Under the pieces are notes generated by a model. That model searched no databases. It was not told the origin of the DNA and worked only from the letters and a program-made list of their open reading frames with translations. This document shows, one piece after another, positions 42,677 to 57,367 of a DNA stretch of 64,000 bases (position 1 is its first letter; every line of letters begins with the position of its first letter). Origin of the DNA: Eledone cirrhosa (lineage: Eukaryota). The position numbers were made by a program, and so were the translations under genes. Location of the stretch: assembly GCA_964016885.1 (NCBI GenBank), contig OZ024743.1:105834001-105898000 (forward strand). Direction: 5' to 3'.

Positions 42677-44230
42677 CAGTATAGCAAGAAGCAAAATAGA
42701 GTGGAGGCCCAGCAACTGGGAGAAACATCTGCAAATGGCTTGCGTAAGTTCATGCAACGCTCACGTAATGGAGAGATTGCATGCTTTCCAACAGATAAGT
42801 CTGGCAGAATGTCGGTTGACAGTCTGTCAAACTACATCCAGGCAATGCAAACCCACATCACTAACACAAGAGAAGTAACACCACAAGAGCATGATGATAG
42901 GGAGAAAACCCTCAACGCTCATATGATGATGTGGACAAACATAATGCATCTCAATAAACCGACTGCTAACAATTCCAGGCCTGGAATATTGACGTGACAG
43001 CGTTGTATGGGCTTCAAAAAGACCATAAGACGAACAGTGACCCAGTGACTGGACCACCAACACGGCCAGTCTCTGGAGCTAACATTGCTAGCAACTACAG
43101 AATTTCCTACTTCATCTACCTGATCATACGCCCCATCATTGAAATGTACCCGGATATATGTGACAGCACGAAGGACCTCCTCAGCCGAATCAGCGAAAAT
43201 AACCTGTCTAAGGATCTTAGACTGTATAATAGGTAGTATGGATGTAGTGTCCCTATACCCATCCATTGACGTGGAATTTGCTGTGGAGAAATGCGTGGAA
43301 ATGATCAGTGAGAGCAATGTTGAATTATGTGGGATTGATACCAGTGAGCTGGGACTCCTACTTAAACTTACATATAATAATGATTATCTAGATACGTATG
43401 ACCTTAGCAACATCTGCCCCACAAGGCGAGCAAGAGGCAGACCACCTACCATTATCTCAATGGCCAAGAAAACCCACACAGAAAGATGGAACGGGTGGAC
43501 CTGAGCCATAAGGACCCCCGAAAACCATGATGAACTAAAAAAAGTGATTACACATGCGGTGGGGGCCAGTATAAAACTAACACTTAAGGAACATATGTTC
43601 AAATTTAATGGAAAAACATATGCCCAAGAGGAGGGAGCAGCCATTGGCGTTAGCATTGCAGGTGACATAGCTAACCTATTCATGGTATGGTGGGACAATA
43701 AACTTAAAGAACAATTAGAAGAAAACAACCTCTTAACCCTGATTATGTACGCCCGCTACGTTGAGGATATATACATCGTAGTAAAAACACCCCCACTAGA
43801 GAACAGTCAGGAATTAGAGAAAAGACCATGGAAAGCATCCAGTAAATAGCTAACTCCATCCACCAGAGTATTAAAGTTACTATAGACTACCCAAGCAAAC
43901 ACTCCAACCATCGATTACCTGTACTAGACACAGAGCTCTGGTTTGAAACCATTAATAACAAGAAACAAATCCTCCATTCCCATTATGCCGAACCCATGAC
44001 TTCCAAACATCTGATCCACCGAAACTCAGCTGTTTCGCATCACACTAAAATCAACATACTGATTGTGGATTTAGTACGGGTGATGTGTAACGTGTCCCGC
44101 ATGTGCAATCCCAAAGAGAGACACATAAAACACTTCATCCACCATATGCAGTTCTCCGGTTACAATCAGAGAGATAAAATCTGAATATATAGAGGAGCCA
44201 GAACCAAATGGGAAAAAAATAGCAAATAAT

Positions 44231-44416
44231 TGTTTCTACATTAGGCACAAGGCCAGCAATTATCCCAGTGTATTACTGGTGCTGTATTTTATCGACCCCG
44301 TAAGGATGAAAGGCAAAGTTAACCTCGACGGGAATTTAACTCAGACCGTAAAGGGACATAACTATGCTGGAAAGCATGGCGTCCAACCATCTACCGATAC
44401 TGCTATCCACCGCCCT
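44231..44416 (-). mobile_element. OR2-like SINE inserted in the PLE ORF, 18-bp TSD
   Basis: AAAAAAATAGCAAATAAT (44213-44230) / AAAAAAATGGTAAATAAT (44417-44434). Confidence 0.9.
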
Positions 44417-45286
44417 AAAAAAATGGTAAATAATGATACAAAATGGTACCTGCCCCTTGTATAGGAGCAAATTATGGAATAGAATAGAAAGAACTAGGAA
44501 TAAGATTAATAGAATAAACTCAAGATATGATAGCAATAAATACCGGAGTGTAACGTTCATCAATACAACCCCTAGAGGTGAACAAGCTGACAAATTTAGA
44601 AGGGCCCTAGATAAACTTATACTAAATATTAAGATAGTCGAAAAACCAGGTACCTCCATAAAAACACTTATTAGTAATACATACCCTTTTCAAAGACCTC
44701 CCTGTAGAGATAAGAAAGGCATAATCTGTAAACTAAGCCCCCATATTAACTGTAAAACTAGAAACAGTATATAGCATAAGGTGTACTGAGAGACAATGTA
44801 AAGATAAGAATGTAATGTACATAGGTGAGACAGCTCGTAGTATAGGTATAGGAGAACGATTAAATGAACACTGGCGAGAGCTTCAAGATAGAAAAGACTC
44901 ATCAGTACTCCCCCAACATGCTAAAATAGGACATAAGGGCAAATTAGAGAACATAGAATTAAAAATAAAATCTACACACAGAAAAGACGCAATGTTTAGA
45001 CAAATCACAGAGGCAATAAACATAAATGAACTCCAACCAAAATTAAATACAAAACAAGAATGGAATAGCAACATCACAACTTACAATTAAGGAAAAATGG
45101 AAAACACACACACATAGAACAAACAACCAACAAGTAACATGTAAATAAACAAATAAATAAACAAATAAAAACCCACACGGACACCCGGATGTAACACATG
45201 CGCAAACTAAGCACACAACACACACACAAATAAGATGGCGCAGAACAGAGCAAAAGAGAGGCACACAACAAAGATAAGAATCCCCG

Positions 45287-45329
45287 GTCACTGATGAGGT
45301 CACATAATGTGTGACGAAAGCACTTTGAC
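45287..45329 (+). ncRNA. Minimal type I hammerhead in PLE pseudo-LTR
   Basis: GUCA CUGAUGA G GUCACAU-AAU-GUGUGAC GAAA GCAC UU^UGAC. Confidence 0.85.
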
Positions 45330-47539
45330 AATATATGAACAACCGTCCGGTTGTGGAACCAACCAATCAAGCGGAAATAATTTTTTTTAAAAATTTATAA
45401 TTTAGTTCATAATACATTGGAGTGAAGCAACTGGTGTCTGTTTTTCTTATTGGCAACATGACCCTCCCAAAGTATAACAATATATATATATATTGTAAAC
45501 TCGCTATAGTAATGATGGTTGAAGCGTTTATCCATCATCACGTACCACTGTCCTACAACCTGTGAATATCAGAAACTTTTTAATGACCATAACATTAATG
45601 TTATTAACATATGCCTAAACAACATCGCTATAAACGTATGCTACATCTGAAAAGAAGCGTCCGTGTATGTAGGCCTTAACTCCGATATCGTGATGCAACG
45701 TTCGAAATTAATGCACTAGCTCCCTGAGATTATTCAGTCCTTCCTATACTAGTATTTAGGTTATTCTAACTGCAACTAAGATTAACACGAGAACGTTATT
45801 GTGAGGCAGAGCTAACTAGGTGAAGGGGGAATTCTTTTGGCATATATAATAGTCTACATCCATAGACAGGGAATATTTCTACCTATCAAAGCCGTTTAAA
45901 ATAGGTAAGGAATTCGGGCCTAGGGAAATCGGCAATTTTCCCGACAGAACCTCCCAAATATTCGGTGGCAGTACATAACTGCCTATTTCGTCTTCCTGAG
46001 AACCTACATATATATGAATAACTCACTCTTTCGTATAACAATGAACAAATACATGGCTTATTTAGATTAAAGGAAAGACTCTTTCTTGAAAACATCTGCT
46101 ACGTTTATATGTATGTAACATATGCCTTGTCTAGACATCCGAATACAGAAATATAACCAACTACTCCGATCAACACCATTGAGATCGATTTAAAGTCTAG
46201 GCGGAAAAAAATTATAAAAAGTAACCGTCCTTGCAATATGCTATAAAAGTGTCAGTTAGTGTTCTACTATTACACTTCTCTTTCCTTATTATGAGCAAGA
46301 ATACATTAGATGATATATACTACAACATCACTGAAACATTAGATGGCCATTTCTCGATTTTCTTTTATTTATAGATCTTTGCAATGAGAATTGCTGGAGT
46401 GAAGATGCAACGATATGTATAATATGAAACTGTCGTTTAATTCTTACTTAAACGTTGGTCTATGTTAACATATTAGGCGTCTCAGTAAAAATATGTTGCG
46501 CCTTGAAATCGATTTCTGGTTTACAGAGTGTTAACATAATTTTCTTAACTGATGCGTAAGTTTAAATCCCGAAGCTTTGTAACAAAAAATGTCTCATTTT
46601 ACTCATGAGTAAATTATTATGACCATTGTCTGCTGCTTAATTTGGTAGTAAGAACACAAAGACGACATCAGTGTTTGTAATTACCAAGAGCTTAAAAGTA
46701 GTTTCTTTTCAAAAATCATTACAAGTTGCATATACGCATTATTAAATAATTATACTTATTGGTAAATACAGCTACGTCTAGGTCAACATTAATATCTCGT
46801 TATGAATGGAAACATTTTTCTAGAAGGCAACTATAACTTCTGTAGACAATAACATTAGCTCCTGTTTACAATTTTGTGTAAAGCATATAATATTTATTTC
46901 TAAAAATCGTAGTTGATTAGCAAGCACCCAATACTCAGAAATTATTTAATATGCAGTCACAGATGCAACATGTGATATTTAATACAAGTCCTAATGCAAT
47001 ACCAAATCAAGGTTTGTAAAGCAAATTGTGGGCAATCATGCTTAGATGGAGTGCATTTTGCTATTAATTGCACAATCATGCGTCACATCAGAACGTTAGG
47101 AAAATCGTGTGTAAGTTTTATATTTAACCCTTTCATCAGCATATTAGTAAATGGAATATGCTTCTTAGGCTTTTCAAATAATCAGATCTATGGAGGGATT
47201 AAAACAGTGTGACGGCATGAAAGTGGGTGAATGCCGAAAGGGTCCACCAGGGATCTACAGCGGGATTTGTGTGACTCGAAAGTCCGTATGCTGAGTCTAA
47301 TGGTATCACAAAGGCACAGACAATCACTAAAAAGCTGAGTACCGGTTGAAAGCGAAGGTACAAGGTTTAGCCAGGCACTGTTATCGGGTCAGGTGACGAA
47401 CCGTAAACACACCTGCCTCCTGCATGCTGTTTTTCGATTGCTTTGCTAGGGCCACTTCTGTTTTTGCTAAAGTAAGGGATACAACTTTTTGTGTGTTGTC
47501 GCTTGAATAGATAAAAAACATTTAATTTGTGACAAGGGG

Positions 47540-48036
47540 CGTAACTCTAATCTTTTTAAGTGTTGGAGAAATAACTATGTTTTAAGTGAGTTCAAACTTG
47601 GTTTGAATTTTCTAATAAATATTTTCTCTTTATTAATTCTACCTTGTTCTGTGATTTCCTAGTCACATTGGTACAGGGTTAAAATATCAATGTTTGATAG
47701 TGTTGATCCATCACATTATCCTATATGTTTGCTTAGGGTTTTTTTCCTAGTGTATGGATATCTAATTTGTTGTCTGTGGACTGTCTTTTTTTGTCCGAGT
47801 GTTAACCCTGTCTGTCCTATATATTGTTCACGGAATCCTCGGAAGTTTATGACGTAATTTAAATTTTCCGAGTTGTACGTAAATTTGTTCTTAATTTTGA
47901 AGATAGAACCGTCTGTGAAGTGTAAATCATGGCCTTCCAGCAGGTAGCTGCACAATCCGCAATGAGGTCGGTTACATATTTTTAAAGATATTTTTCATCT
48001 TTTGTCTTTTTGTAATATAGGCAGGTTTAGTCGTAT
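47540..48036 (-). pseudogene. Neptune-type PLE GIY-YIG fragment
   Basis: [12 protein letters not shown]...FKIKNKFTYNSENLNYVI...QYIGQTGLTL..HRQQIR. Confidence 0.85.
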
Positions 48037-48078
48037 GTGTGTATACATTTCTTTTTTTTTGCTGGCTGAAGGTTGAGA

Positions 48079-48144
<66 letters not shown>

Positions 48145-48174
48145 TCTCAACCTTCAGCCAGCTAGAAAAAAGAA

Positions 48175-49750
<1,576 letters not shown>

Positions 49751-51589
49751 TATATATATATATTAATTAAAATATTAACAAAATAGATATTCTTGTGATC
49801 AATTAAATTAATAGAATATCTGCCAATAAAGTAATATTTGATAAAAATGCAGCATATTACAATGAAGCGCTAAGAAGAGCAGTTATGAGAATAATATAGT
49901 ATATGTAGATAATAATAATCCAAGTTTTAATCCTGATAAAAATAATGGCATATATAAACAAAATTCTATAAATTCTAGTAATTATAATTCAAACACCTAT
50001 ACTGTGGACACATCGAGAAAAAGAACCAGAAGTAAATCAGTCATATGGTTTGCCCCCCCCCCCTCCCTACTTATGTAGCAGTAAGAACACCAATAGCTAA
50101 CCTATTCTTTAAAGCTTTGGATAGCTCTTTCCCTAGTCAACATAAATACCATTCCATTTTTAATAGGCACACTATTAAATTATCTTATTCTACAACTATG
50201 AATATCGCCCAAAACATTGCTAAAATAAACAGTAACATTCTAAATCAAAATCAGCATAATGATATTAATAATAGTGTTAACATAAATAATAATAAATCAA
50301 AATGTAATTGTAGAAATAAACCAGATTGCTCTCTGCAAAATAATTGTTTGGACAGTAATTTGGTGTATAAATGCACTGTAAAACTAATAACAACACATAC
50401 AACTACATAGGAGCGACTTCTTCTACATTTAAGGCTAGATTTGCGAATCATAAATGTTCATTCTCGAATTCTAATAGGAAATCTTCGACTTCTTTATCAC
50501 AGCTTATATGGTCATTAAAAGACAAACATTTAAAATACTCGATCTTTTGGCCGAAACTTTGTAATAGTGGAGTTTATCTCAACTCAAGGATATCAAGTAA
50601 CTGCGCCCTCTGTACAATGGAGACCCTATTGATAATTAATAATTATGAAAACTTAATTAACAAAAAAGTGAATTATTCTCAAACTGCCTTCATAAATCTT
50701 TGTCTACATTCCAATCCTCGCATAAAGTCAGGAAATAACAGTAAGCAACCAAGCCTGGTTTTTAGACGTACATCATCAACTGTTGAACATATAAATCACA
50801 ACGGCTTATAAAACTTTAATAATGCTTTATCTTCTAATCATTTATAATGGAAATAATATTTGAAAGACTGACACGTGATTAATAACTTGTTTGCAGGTCG
50901 GATATGCATAACCTATGGCTTTTTGGATATTTTAAACTTTGGTTCAGATCTTTATTTTTCTATCTCTGTTTTAAATATATAGTTTATATATCTAACCTGT
51001 ACATTTTACTGGCTTTAATTTGAACTGTGGATCATTCATGCATTTACATTTTTATATATATGTGTGTAATTTATATATATATATGTATTTTACTCATTTG
51101 GAGATGGTTTTTGAAGACTCAGAAAGTTGGCTTTGCGCTTTGCTTTCTATGTATTTTTAACAAACATTATTAGCAGACAAATATTGGTTTATATCTCCAC
51201 TTAACTGGAGGTAGAACTACTAACAGTGTTAGTAATCGCTATGATTTATTGGATATATACCGTCTTATTAATATCTAGTATATCAATGTATTGTTTGTGC
51301 AAATATCTTTATCTAGTGTAATAACATAATCGTAGTTACACATGTATGAAACTACTAACAAAGATTATAATCTTTATTCTTTTAAATATATATACCGTCT
51401 CATTAATACTTAGTATATTTCTATATATAGTTTGTGCAAATATGTTTATATTGTATAATAACAAAATCATAATTATAGTTCGGTTTATCTCTATATATAT
51501 AGTTTGTAGAAATATATTTATATTATATTGTATAATAACATAATCCTAATTGGAGTTCGGTCTTCCCTAGAAGGTAGAACTAATATAAT

Positions 51590-51770
51590 TGTTTCTACTT
51601 TAGGCACAAGGCCAGTAATTACCCAGTGCATTACTGGTACTTTATTTTATCGACCCGTAAGGATACAAGGCAAAGTCAACCTCGGCGGGATTTGAACTCA
51701 GATCGTAAAGGGACGTAACTATGCTGGAAAGCATAGCGTCCGACCCATACCGATACTGCCAACCCACCGC
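51590..51770 (-). mobile_element. OR2-like SINE with 11-bp TSD
   Basis: ACTAATATAAT at 51579-51589 and 51771-51781. Confidence 0.9.
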
Positions 51771-52412
51771 ACTAATATAATGATTTAATATAATATATGA
51801 ACAAATAATAAATTATAGTCCTGATATTATGATCAATACACACACACATCTATATATAGCTGAAAACTCGGACTTCTTTAGGTCTAATTATAGAACTACT
51901 AATACTTTAGGCACTATAACTATTTAACAATAAATTCCTTAATAGTTATAACTGTAAATATTTCATAAATAATATTACAGAAAATTTTGATTCTTTAAAT
52001 AAATAACATGAATTAAATATTAATTAATAAAATAACATAAATTAAATATTTTCAAAATGTAACCGCCAAAGCTATATGTGTGTCTAAAGAAAATTTGAGC
52101 ATAAATTACTCCCCTTTGTTTCTCCCTCTCTTTAATTATCTGTCAGTTGTCTTCTCAAGCTAAATACTAAATAAATTATAACTCCAGATACTTCTTCCTC
52201 TATAGTTCTATAGTAGTATTTCAAATTTTAAAAACTCTATAACTGTTGCATTAAGGCAAGGTTTTTCTTACTCACACTCTCTCTGTTGATTCTATTACGT
52301 TTTCGCATGTCCTCAATATTAGGGTACAACTATTGAGTTTTCTCATAAGTTAATCGCTACCTTGATTAAATCTTAACCATCTATCATCTCAGGGTATGTC
52401 ATGTATCATTTT

Positions 52413-52477
52413 ATTTTATCTGATGAGGACGTACTGTTGAACTTGGTTCAGTACCTCTGAAATATGTATAATAAAAT
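52413..52477 (+). ncRNA. Minimal type I hammerhead in the Naiad pseudo-LTR
   Basis: AUUUUAU CUGAUGA GGACGUACUG...CAGUACCUCU GAAA UAUGUA UA^AUAAAAU; 7-bp stem I. Confidence 0.85.
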
Positions 52478-52737
52478 TTAATTGATCACAAGAATACCTA
52501 TTTTGTTAATATTTGAATTAATATTAATAACTCTGGAAAATATTTCTTGTAGAGTGCTTCCAATCTACTGTAAAACTCATTATTTGATGTACTCATTAAA
52601 TCTTGTTTAACTCTTTATTATATATATATATATTCAAAAATTTACGATAAAAATAATAGGAAAACAGAGTCAAGATAAATTAATAAAAACAATGAAATAA
52701 ACACAAAGAACAAGTTCTTTATATTAAAAAAATTCAT

Positions 52738-52864
52738 CATTTTACGATCGTTTCTGGGATGTATATGTGTGTTGGTATGTATATCATATTGATCTATGTA
52801 AAAATATTAAAAATTATCAGAGGAAATAGACATACTTCACATATACATGCCGTCCTCAGAAATG
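52738..52864 (-). ncRNA. Hammerhead with ~100-nt extended stem II in a solo pseudo-LTR (52632-52870)
   Basis: CAUUU CUGAGGA CGGC AUGUAUAUGUG...CACAUAUACAU CCCA GAAA CGAUCG UA^AAAUG. Confidence 0.75.
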
Positions 52865-52894
52865 TATCTACATATATATATATATTTATATAGA

Positions 52895-53060
52895 GTAATA
52901 ATAATAAAATTGAAGACTAAAATCCAGAGAGGGCTCGATAAGGAAAATATATATCAAATATATAAGAACCGAAGAGCAAATATTTATTAAAATAACAGAT
53001 TAAAGTGTGAAAGCAGCGATTCTTTGCTTAAACTTTAATCTGTTATTTTAATAAATATAT
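52895..53060. mobile_element. Inverted pseudo-LTR fragment pair (family of 31525-31900)
   Basis: TATTTATTAAAATAACAGATTAAAGT / ACTTTAATCTGTTATTTTAATAAATA inverted repeat; left arm matches 31540-31630. Confidence 0.7.
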
Positions 53061-53082
53061 TTATATATATATATATATATAT

Positions 53083-56000
53083 ATAAAAACAAATAACGAA
53101 ACGAAATTAAATTTCGTTTCGTTTGTAACTCACTTTTGTATGACTGACGCTTAAACAATTAAGTTAAAAATGTACATCCACATATGTATACTGAAATACT
53201 AGTATGCATATGAATACACACACGTATACATATGTAGATGTACCGAGTTTTTCACTAGTCACTTTACTGTGAGTGTCCAGCTATTCTGTATGTAAACATA
53301 CAGACAAACCGGTTTTTAGAGTCATACTGGTTTTTGAGGAAACACCTTTCCTCTATTCTCCAGAAAGCCAGACAAGGAATATTGAACTAGTTTCGATGTT
53401 GTTACATCTCATCAGCAATATTTACCTATCTTCCGGCCTCTCTAGAGAATCGTAAAAGCACATATCGTTATATGCTTTTTCTATGAAAATTAGTAGTGGG
53501 CAGACTAATTTGCATAGAGCGTGAGTACGTACCGGTTCAACGGAGACGATAAAAACAAATAACGAAACGAAATTAAATTTCGTTTCGTTTGTAACTCACT
53601 TTTGTATGACTGACGCTTAAACAATTAAGTTAAAAATGTACATCCACATATGTATACTGAAATACTAGTATGCATATGAATACACACACGTATACATATG
53701 TAGATGTACCGAGTTTTTCACTGGTCACTTTACTGTGAGTGTCCAGCTATTCTGTATGTAAACACACAGACAAACCGGTTTTTAGAGTCATACTGGTTTT
53801 TGAGGAAACACCTTTCCTCTATTCTCCAGAAAGCCAGACAAGGAATATTGAACTAGTTTCGATGTTGTTACATCTCATCAGCAATATTTACCTATCTTCC
53901 GGCCTCTCTAGAGAATCGTAAAAGCACATATCGTTATATGCTTTTTCTATGAAAATTAGTAGTGGGCAGACTAATTTGCATAGAGCGTGAGTACGTACCG
54001 GTTCAACGGAGACGATAAAAACAAATAACGAAACGAAATTAAATTTCGTTTCGTTTGTAACTCACTTTTGTATGACTGACGCTTAAACAATTAAGTTAAA
54101 AATGTACATCCACATATGTATACTGAAATACTAGTATGCATATGAATACACACACGTATACATATGTAGATGTACCGAGTTTTTCACTGGACACTTTACT
54201 GTGAGTGTCCAGCTATTCTGTATGTAAACACACAGACAAACCGGTTTTTAGAGTCATACTGGTTTTTGAGGAAACACCTTTCCTCTATTCTCCAGAAAAC
54301 CAGACAAGGAATATTGAACTAGTTTCGATGTTGTTACATCTCATCAGCAATATTTACCTATCTTCCGGCCTCTCTAGAGAATCGTAAAAGCACATATCGT
54401 TATATGCTTTTTCTATGAAAATTAGTAGTGGGCAGACTAATTTGCATAGAGCGTGAGTACGTACCGGTTCAACGGAGACGATAAAAACAAATAACGAAAC
54501 GAAATTAAATTTCGTTTCGTTTGTAACTCACTTTTGTATGACTGACGCTTAAACAATTAAGTTAAAAATGTACATCCACATATGTATACTGAAATACTAG
54601 TATGCATATGAATACACACACGTATACATATGTAGATGTACCGAGTTTTTCACTAGTCACTTTACTGTGAGTGTCCAGCTATTCTGTATGTAAACACACA
54701 GACAAACCGGTTTTTAGAGTCATACTGGTTTTTGAGGAAACACCTTTCCTCTATTCGCCAGAAAGCCAGACAAGGAATATTGAACTAGTTTCGATGTTGT
54801 TACATCTCATCAGCAATATTTACCTATCTTCCGGCCTCTCTAGAGAATCGTAAAAGCACATATCGTTATATGCTTTTTCTATGAAAATTAGTAGTGGGCA
54901 GACTAATTTGCATAGAGCGTGAGTACGTACCGGTTCAACGGAGACGATAAAAACAAATAACGAAACGAAATTAAATTTCGTTTCGTTTGTAACTCACTTT
55001 TGTATGACTGACGCTTAAACAATTAAGTTAAAAATGTACATCCACATATGTATACTGAAATACTAGTATGCATATGAATACACACACGTATACATATGTA
55101 GATGTACCGAGTTTTTCACTGGTCACTTTACTGTGAGTGTCCAGCTATTCTGTATGTAAACACACAGACAAACCGGTTTTTAGAGTCATACTGGTTTTTG
55201 AGGAAACACCTTTCCTCTATTCTCCAGAAAGCCAGACAAGGAATATTGAACTAGTTTCGATGTTGTTACATCTCATCAGCAATATTTACCTATCTTCCGG
55301 CCTCTCTAGAGAATCGTAAAAGCACATATCGTTATATGCTTTTTCTATGAAAATTAGTAGTGGGCAGACTAATTTGCATAGAGCGTGAGTACGTACCGGT
55401 TCAACGGAGACGATAAAAACAAATAACGAAACGAAATTAAATTTCGTTTCGTTTGTAACTGACTTTTGTATGACTGACGCTTAAACAATTAAGTTAAAAA
55501 TGTACATCCACATATGTATACTGAAATACTAGTATGCATATGAATACACACACGTATACATATGTAGATGTACCGAGTTTTTCACTGGACACTTTACTCT
55601 GAGTGTCCAGCTATTCTGTATGTAAACACACAGACAAACCGGTTTTTAGATTCATACTGGTTTTTGAGGAAACACCTTTCCTCTATTCTCCAGAAAGCCA
55701 GACAAGGAATATTGAACTAGTTTCGATGTTATTACATCTCATCAGCAATATTTACCTATCTTCCGGCCTCTCTAGAGAATCGTAAAAGCACATATCGTTA
55801 TATGCTTTTTCTATGAAAATTAATAGTGGGCAGACTAATTTGCATAGAGCGTGAGTACGTACCGGTTCAACGGAGACGATAAAAACAAATAACGAAACGA
55901 AATTAAATTTCGTTTCGTTTGTAACTCACTTTTGTATGACTGACGCTTAAACAATTAATTAAAAATGTACATCCACATATGTATACTGAAATACTAGTAT

Positions 56001-57367
56001 GCATATGAATACACACACGTATACATATGTAGATGTACCGAGTTTTTCACTGGTCACTTTACTGTGAGTGTCCAGCTATTCTGTATGTAAACACACAGAC
56101 AAACCGGTTTTTAGAGTCATACTGGTTTTTGAGGAAACACCTTTCCTCTATTCTCCAGAAAGCCAGACAAGGAATATTGAACTAGTTTCGATGTTGTTAC
56201 ATCTCATCAGCAATATTTACCTATCTTCCGGCCTCTCTAGAGAATCGTAAAAGCACATATCGTTATATGCTTTTTCTATGAAAATTAGTAGTGGGCAGAC
56301 TAATTTGCATAGAGCGTGAGTACGTACCGGTTCAACGGAGACGATAAAAACAAATAACGAAACGAAATTAAATTTCGTTTCGTTTGTAACTCACTTTTGT
56401 ATGACTGACGCTTAAACAATTAAGTTAAAAATGTACATCCACATATGTATACTGAAATACTAGTATGCATATGAATACACACACGTATACATATGTAGAT
56501 GTACCGAGTTTTTCACTGGTCACTTTACTCTGAGTGTCCAGCTATTCTGTATGTAAACACACAGACAAACCGGTTTTTAGAGTCATACTGGTTTTTGAGG
56601 AAACACCTTTCCTCTATTCTCCAGAAAGCCAGACAAGGAATATTGAACTAGTTTCGATGTTGTTACATCTCATCAGCAATATTTACCTATCTTCCGGCCT
56701 CTCTAGAGAATCGTAAAAGCACATATCGTTATATGCTTTTTCTATGAAAATTAGTAGTGGGCAGACTAATTTGCATAGAGCGTGAGTACGTACCGGTTCA
56801 ACGGAGACGATAAAAACAAATAACGAAACGAAATTAAATTTCGTTTCGTTTGTAACTCACTTTTGTATGACTGACGCTTAAACAATTAAGTTAAACATGT
56901 ACATCCACATATGTATACTGAAATACTAGTATGCATATGAATACACACACGTATACATATGTAGATGTACCGAGTTTTTCACTGGTCACTTTACTGTGAG
57001 TGTCCAGCTATTCTGTATGTAAACACACAGACAAACCGGTTTTTAGAGTCATACTGGTTTTTGAGGAAACACCTTTCCTCTATTCTCCAGAAAGCCAGAC
57101 AAGGAATATTGAACTAGTTTCGATGTTGTTACATCTCATCAGCAATATTTACCTATCTTCCGGCCTCTCTAGAGAATCGTAAAACACATATCGTTATATG
57201 CTTGTTCTATGAAAATTAGTAGTGAGCAGACTAATTTGCATAGAGCGTGAGTACGTACCGGTTCAACGGAGACGATAAAAACAAATAACGAAACGAAATT
57301 AAATTTCGTTTCGTTTGTAACTCACTTTTGTATGACTGACGCTTAAACAATTAAGTTAAAAATGTAC
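53083..57367 (-). mobile_element. 466-bp hammerhead-bearing tandem array, left block (~9.2 units; ribozyme on minus strand)
   Basis: Period 466 (one 465) from repeated ORF starts 53273...57000; 45-nt HHRs begin at 53378, 53844, 54310, 54776, 55242, 55708, 56173, 56639, 57105. Confidence 0.95.
53378..53422 (-). ncRNA. Type I hammerhead ribozyme (first of 9 minus-strand copies)
   Basis: AAUAUUG CUGAUGA GAUG-UAACAA-CAUC GAAA CUAG UU^CAAUAUU. Confidence 0.93.

Larger units (their letters stand above)
42673..45480 (+). mobile_element. Penelope-like element of a second clade (Nematis/Neptune-like), 5'-truncated, decayed, with nested SINE
   Basis: PTDKSGR, LYGLQKDHK, GSMDVVSLYPSID, QEEGAAIG, YARYVEDI, PCRDKKGIICK, YIGETARS..ERLNEH, RQITEAI..LNTKQEW; (TA)n on both sides. 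Confidence 0.9.
49764..52620 (+). mobile_element. Naiad PLE 3' half, frameshifted, long AT-rich 3' region with nested SINE
   Basis: YYNEALRR, VIWFAPP, KCNCRNKPDCSLQNNCL, NYIGATSSTFKARFANH, CALCTME. Confidence 0.88.

Noticed and set aside
43502-44184. In-frame TGA codons in a PLE ORF as possible selenocysteine (some Naiads are selenoproteins)
   Set aside because: Contexts WT*AI and KI*IY are not conserved Cys positions and fit CGA-to-TGA decay; the copy has other frameshifts and is not Naiad-type. Cys motifs in the open Naiad ORFs are ordinary Cys.
45540-47200. Non-repetitive stretch that might be a host exon or old transposase
   Set aside because: No long ORF or motif I can recognise; needs tBLASTx/HMMER.
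53530-53545. GGTTCAACGG as a Pol III B-box driving the array
   Set aside because: Poor match, on the strand opposite the ribozyme, and no convincing A-box.
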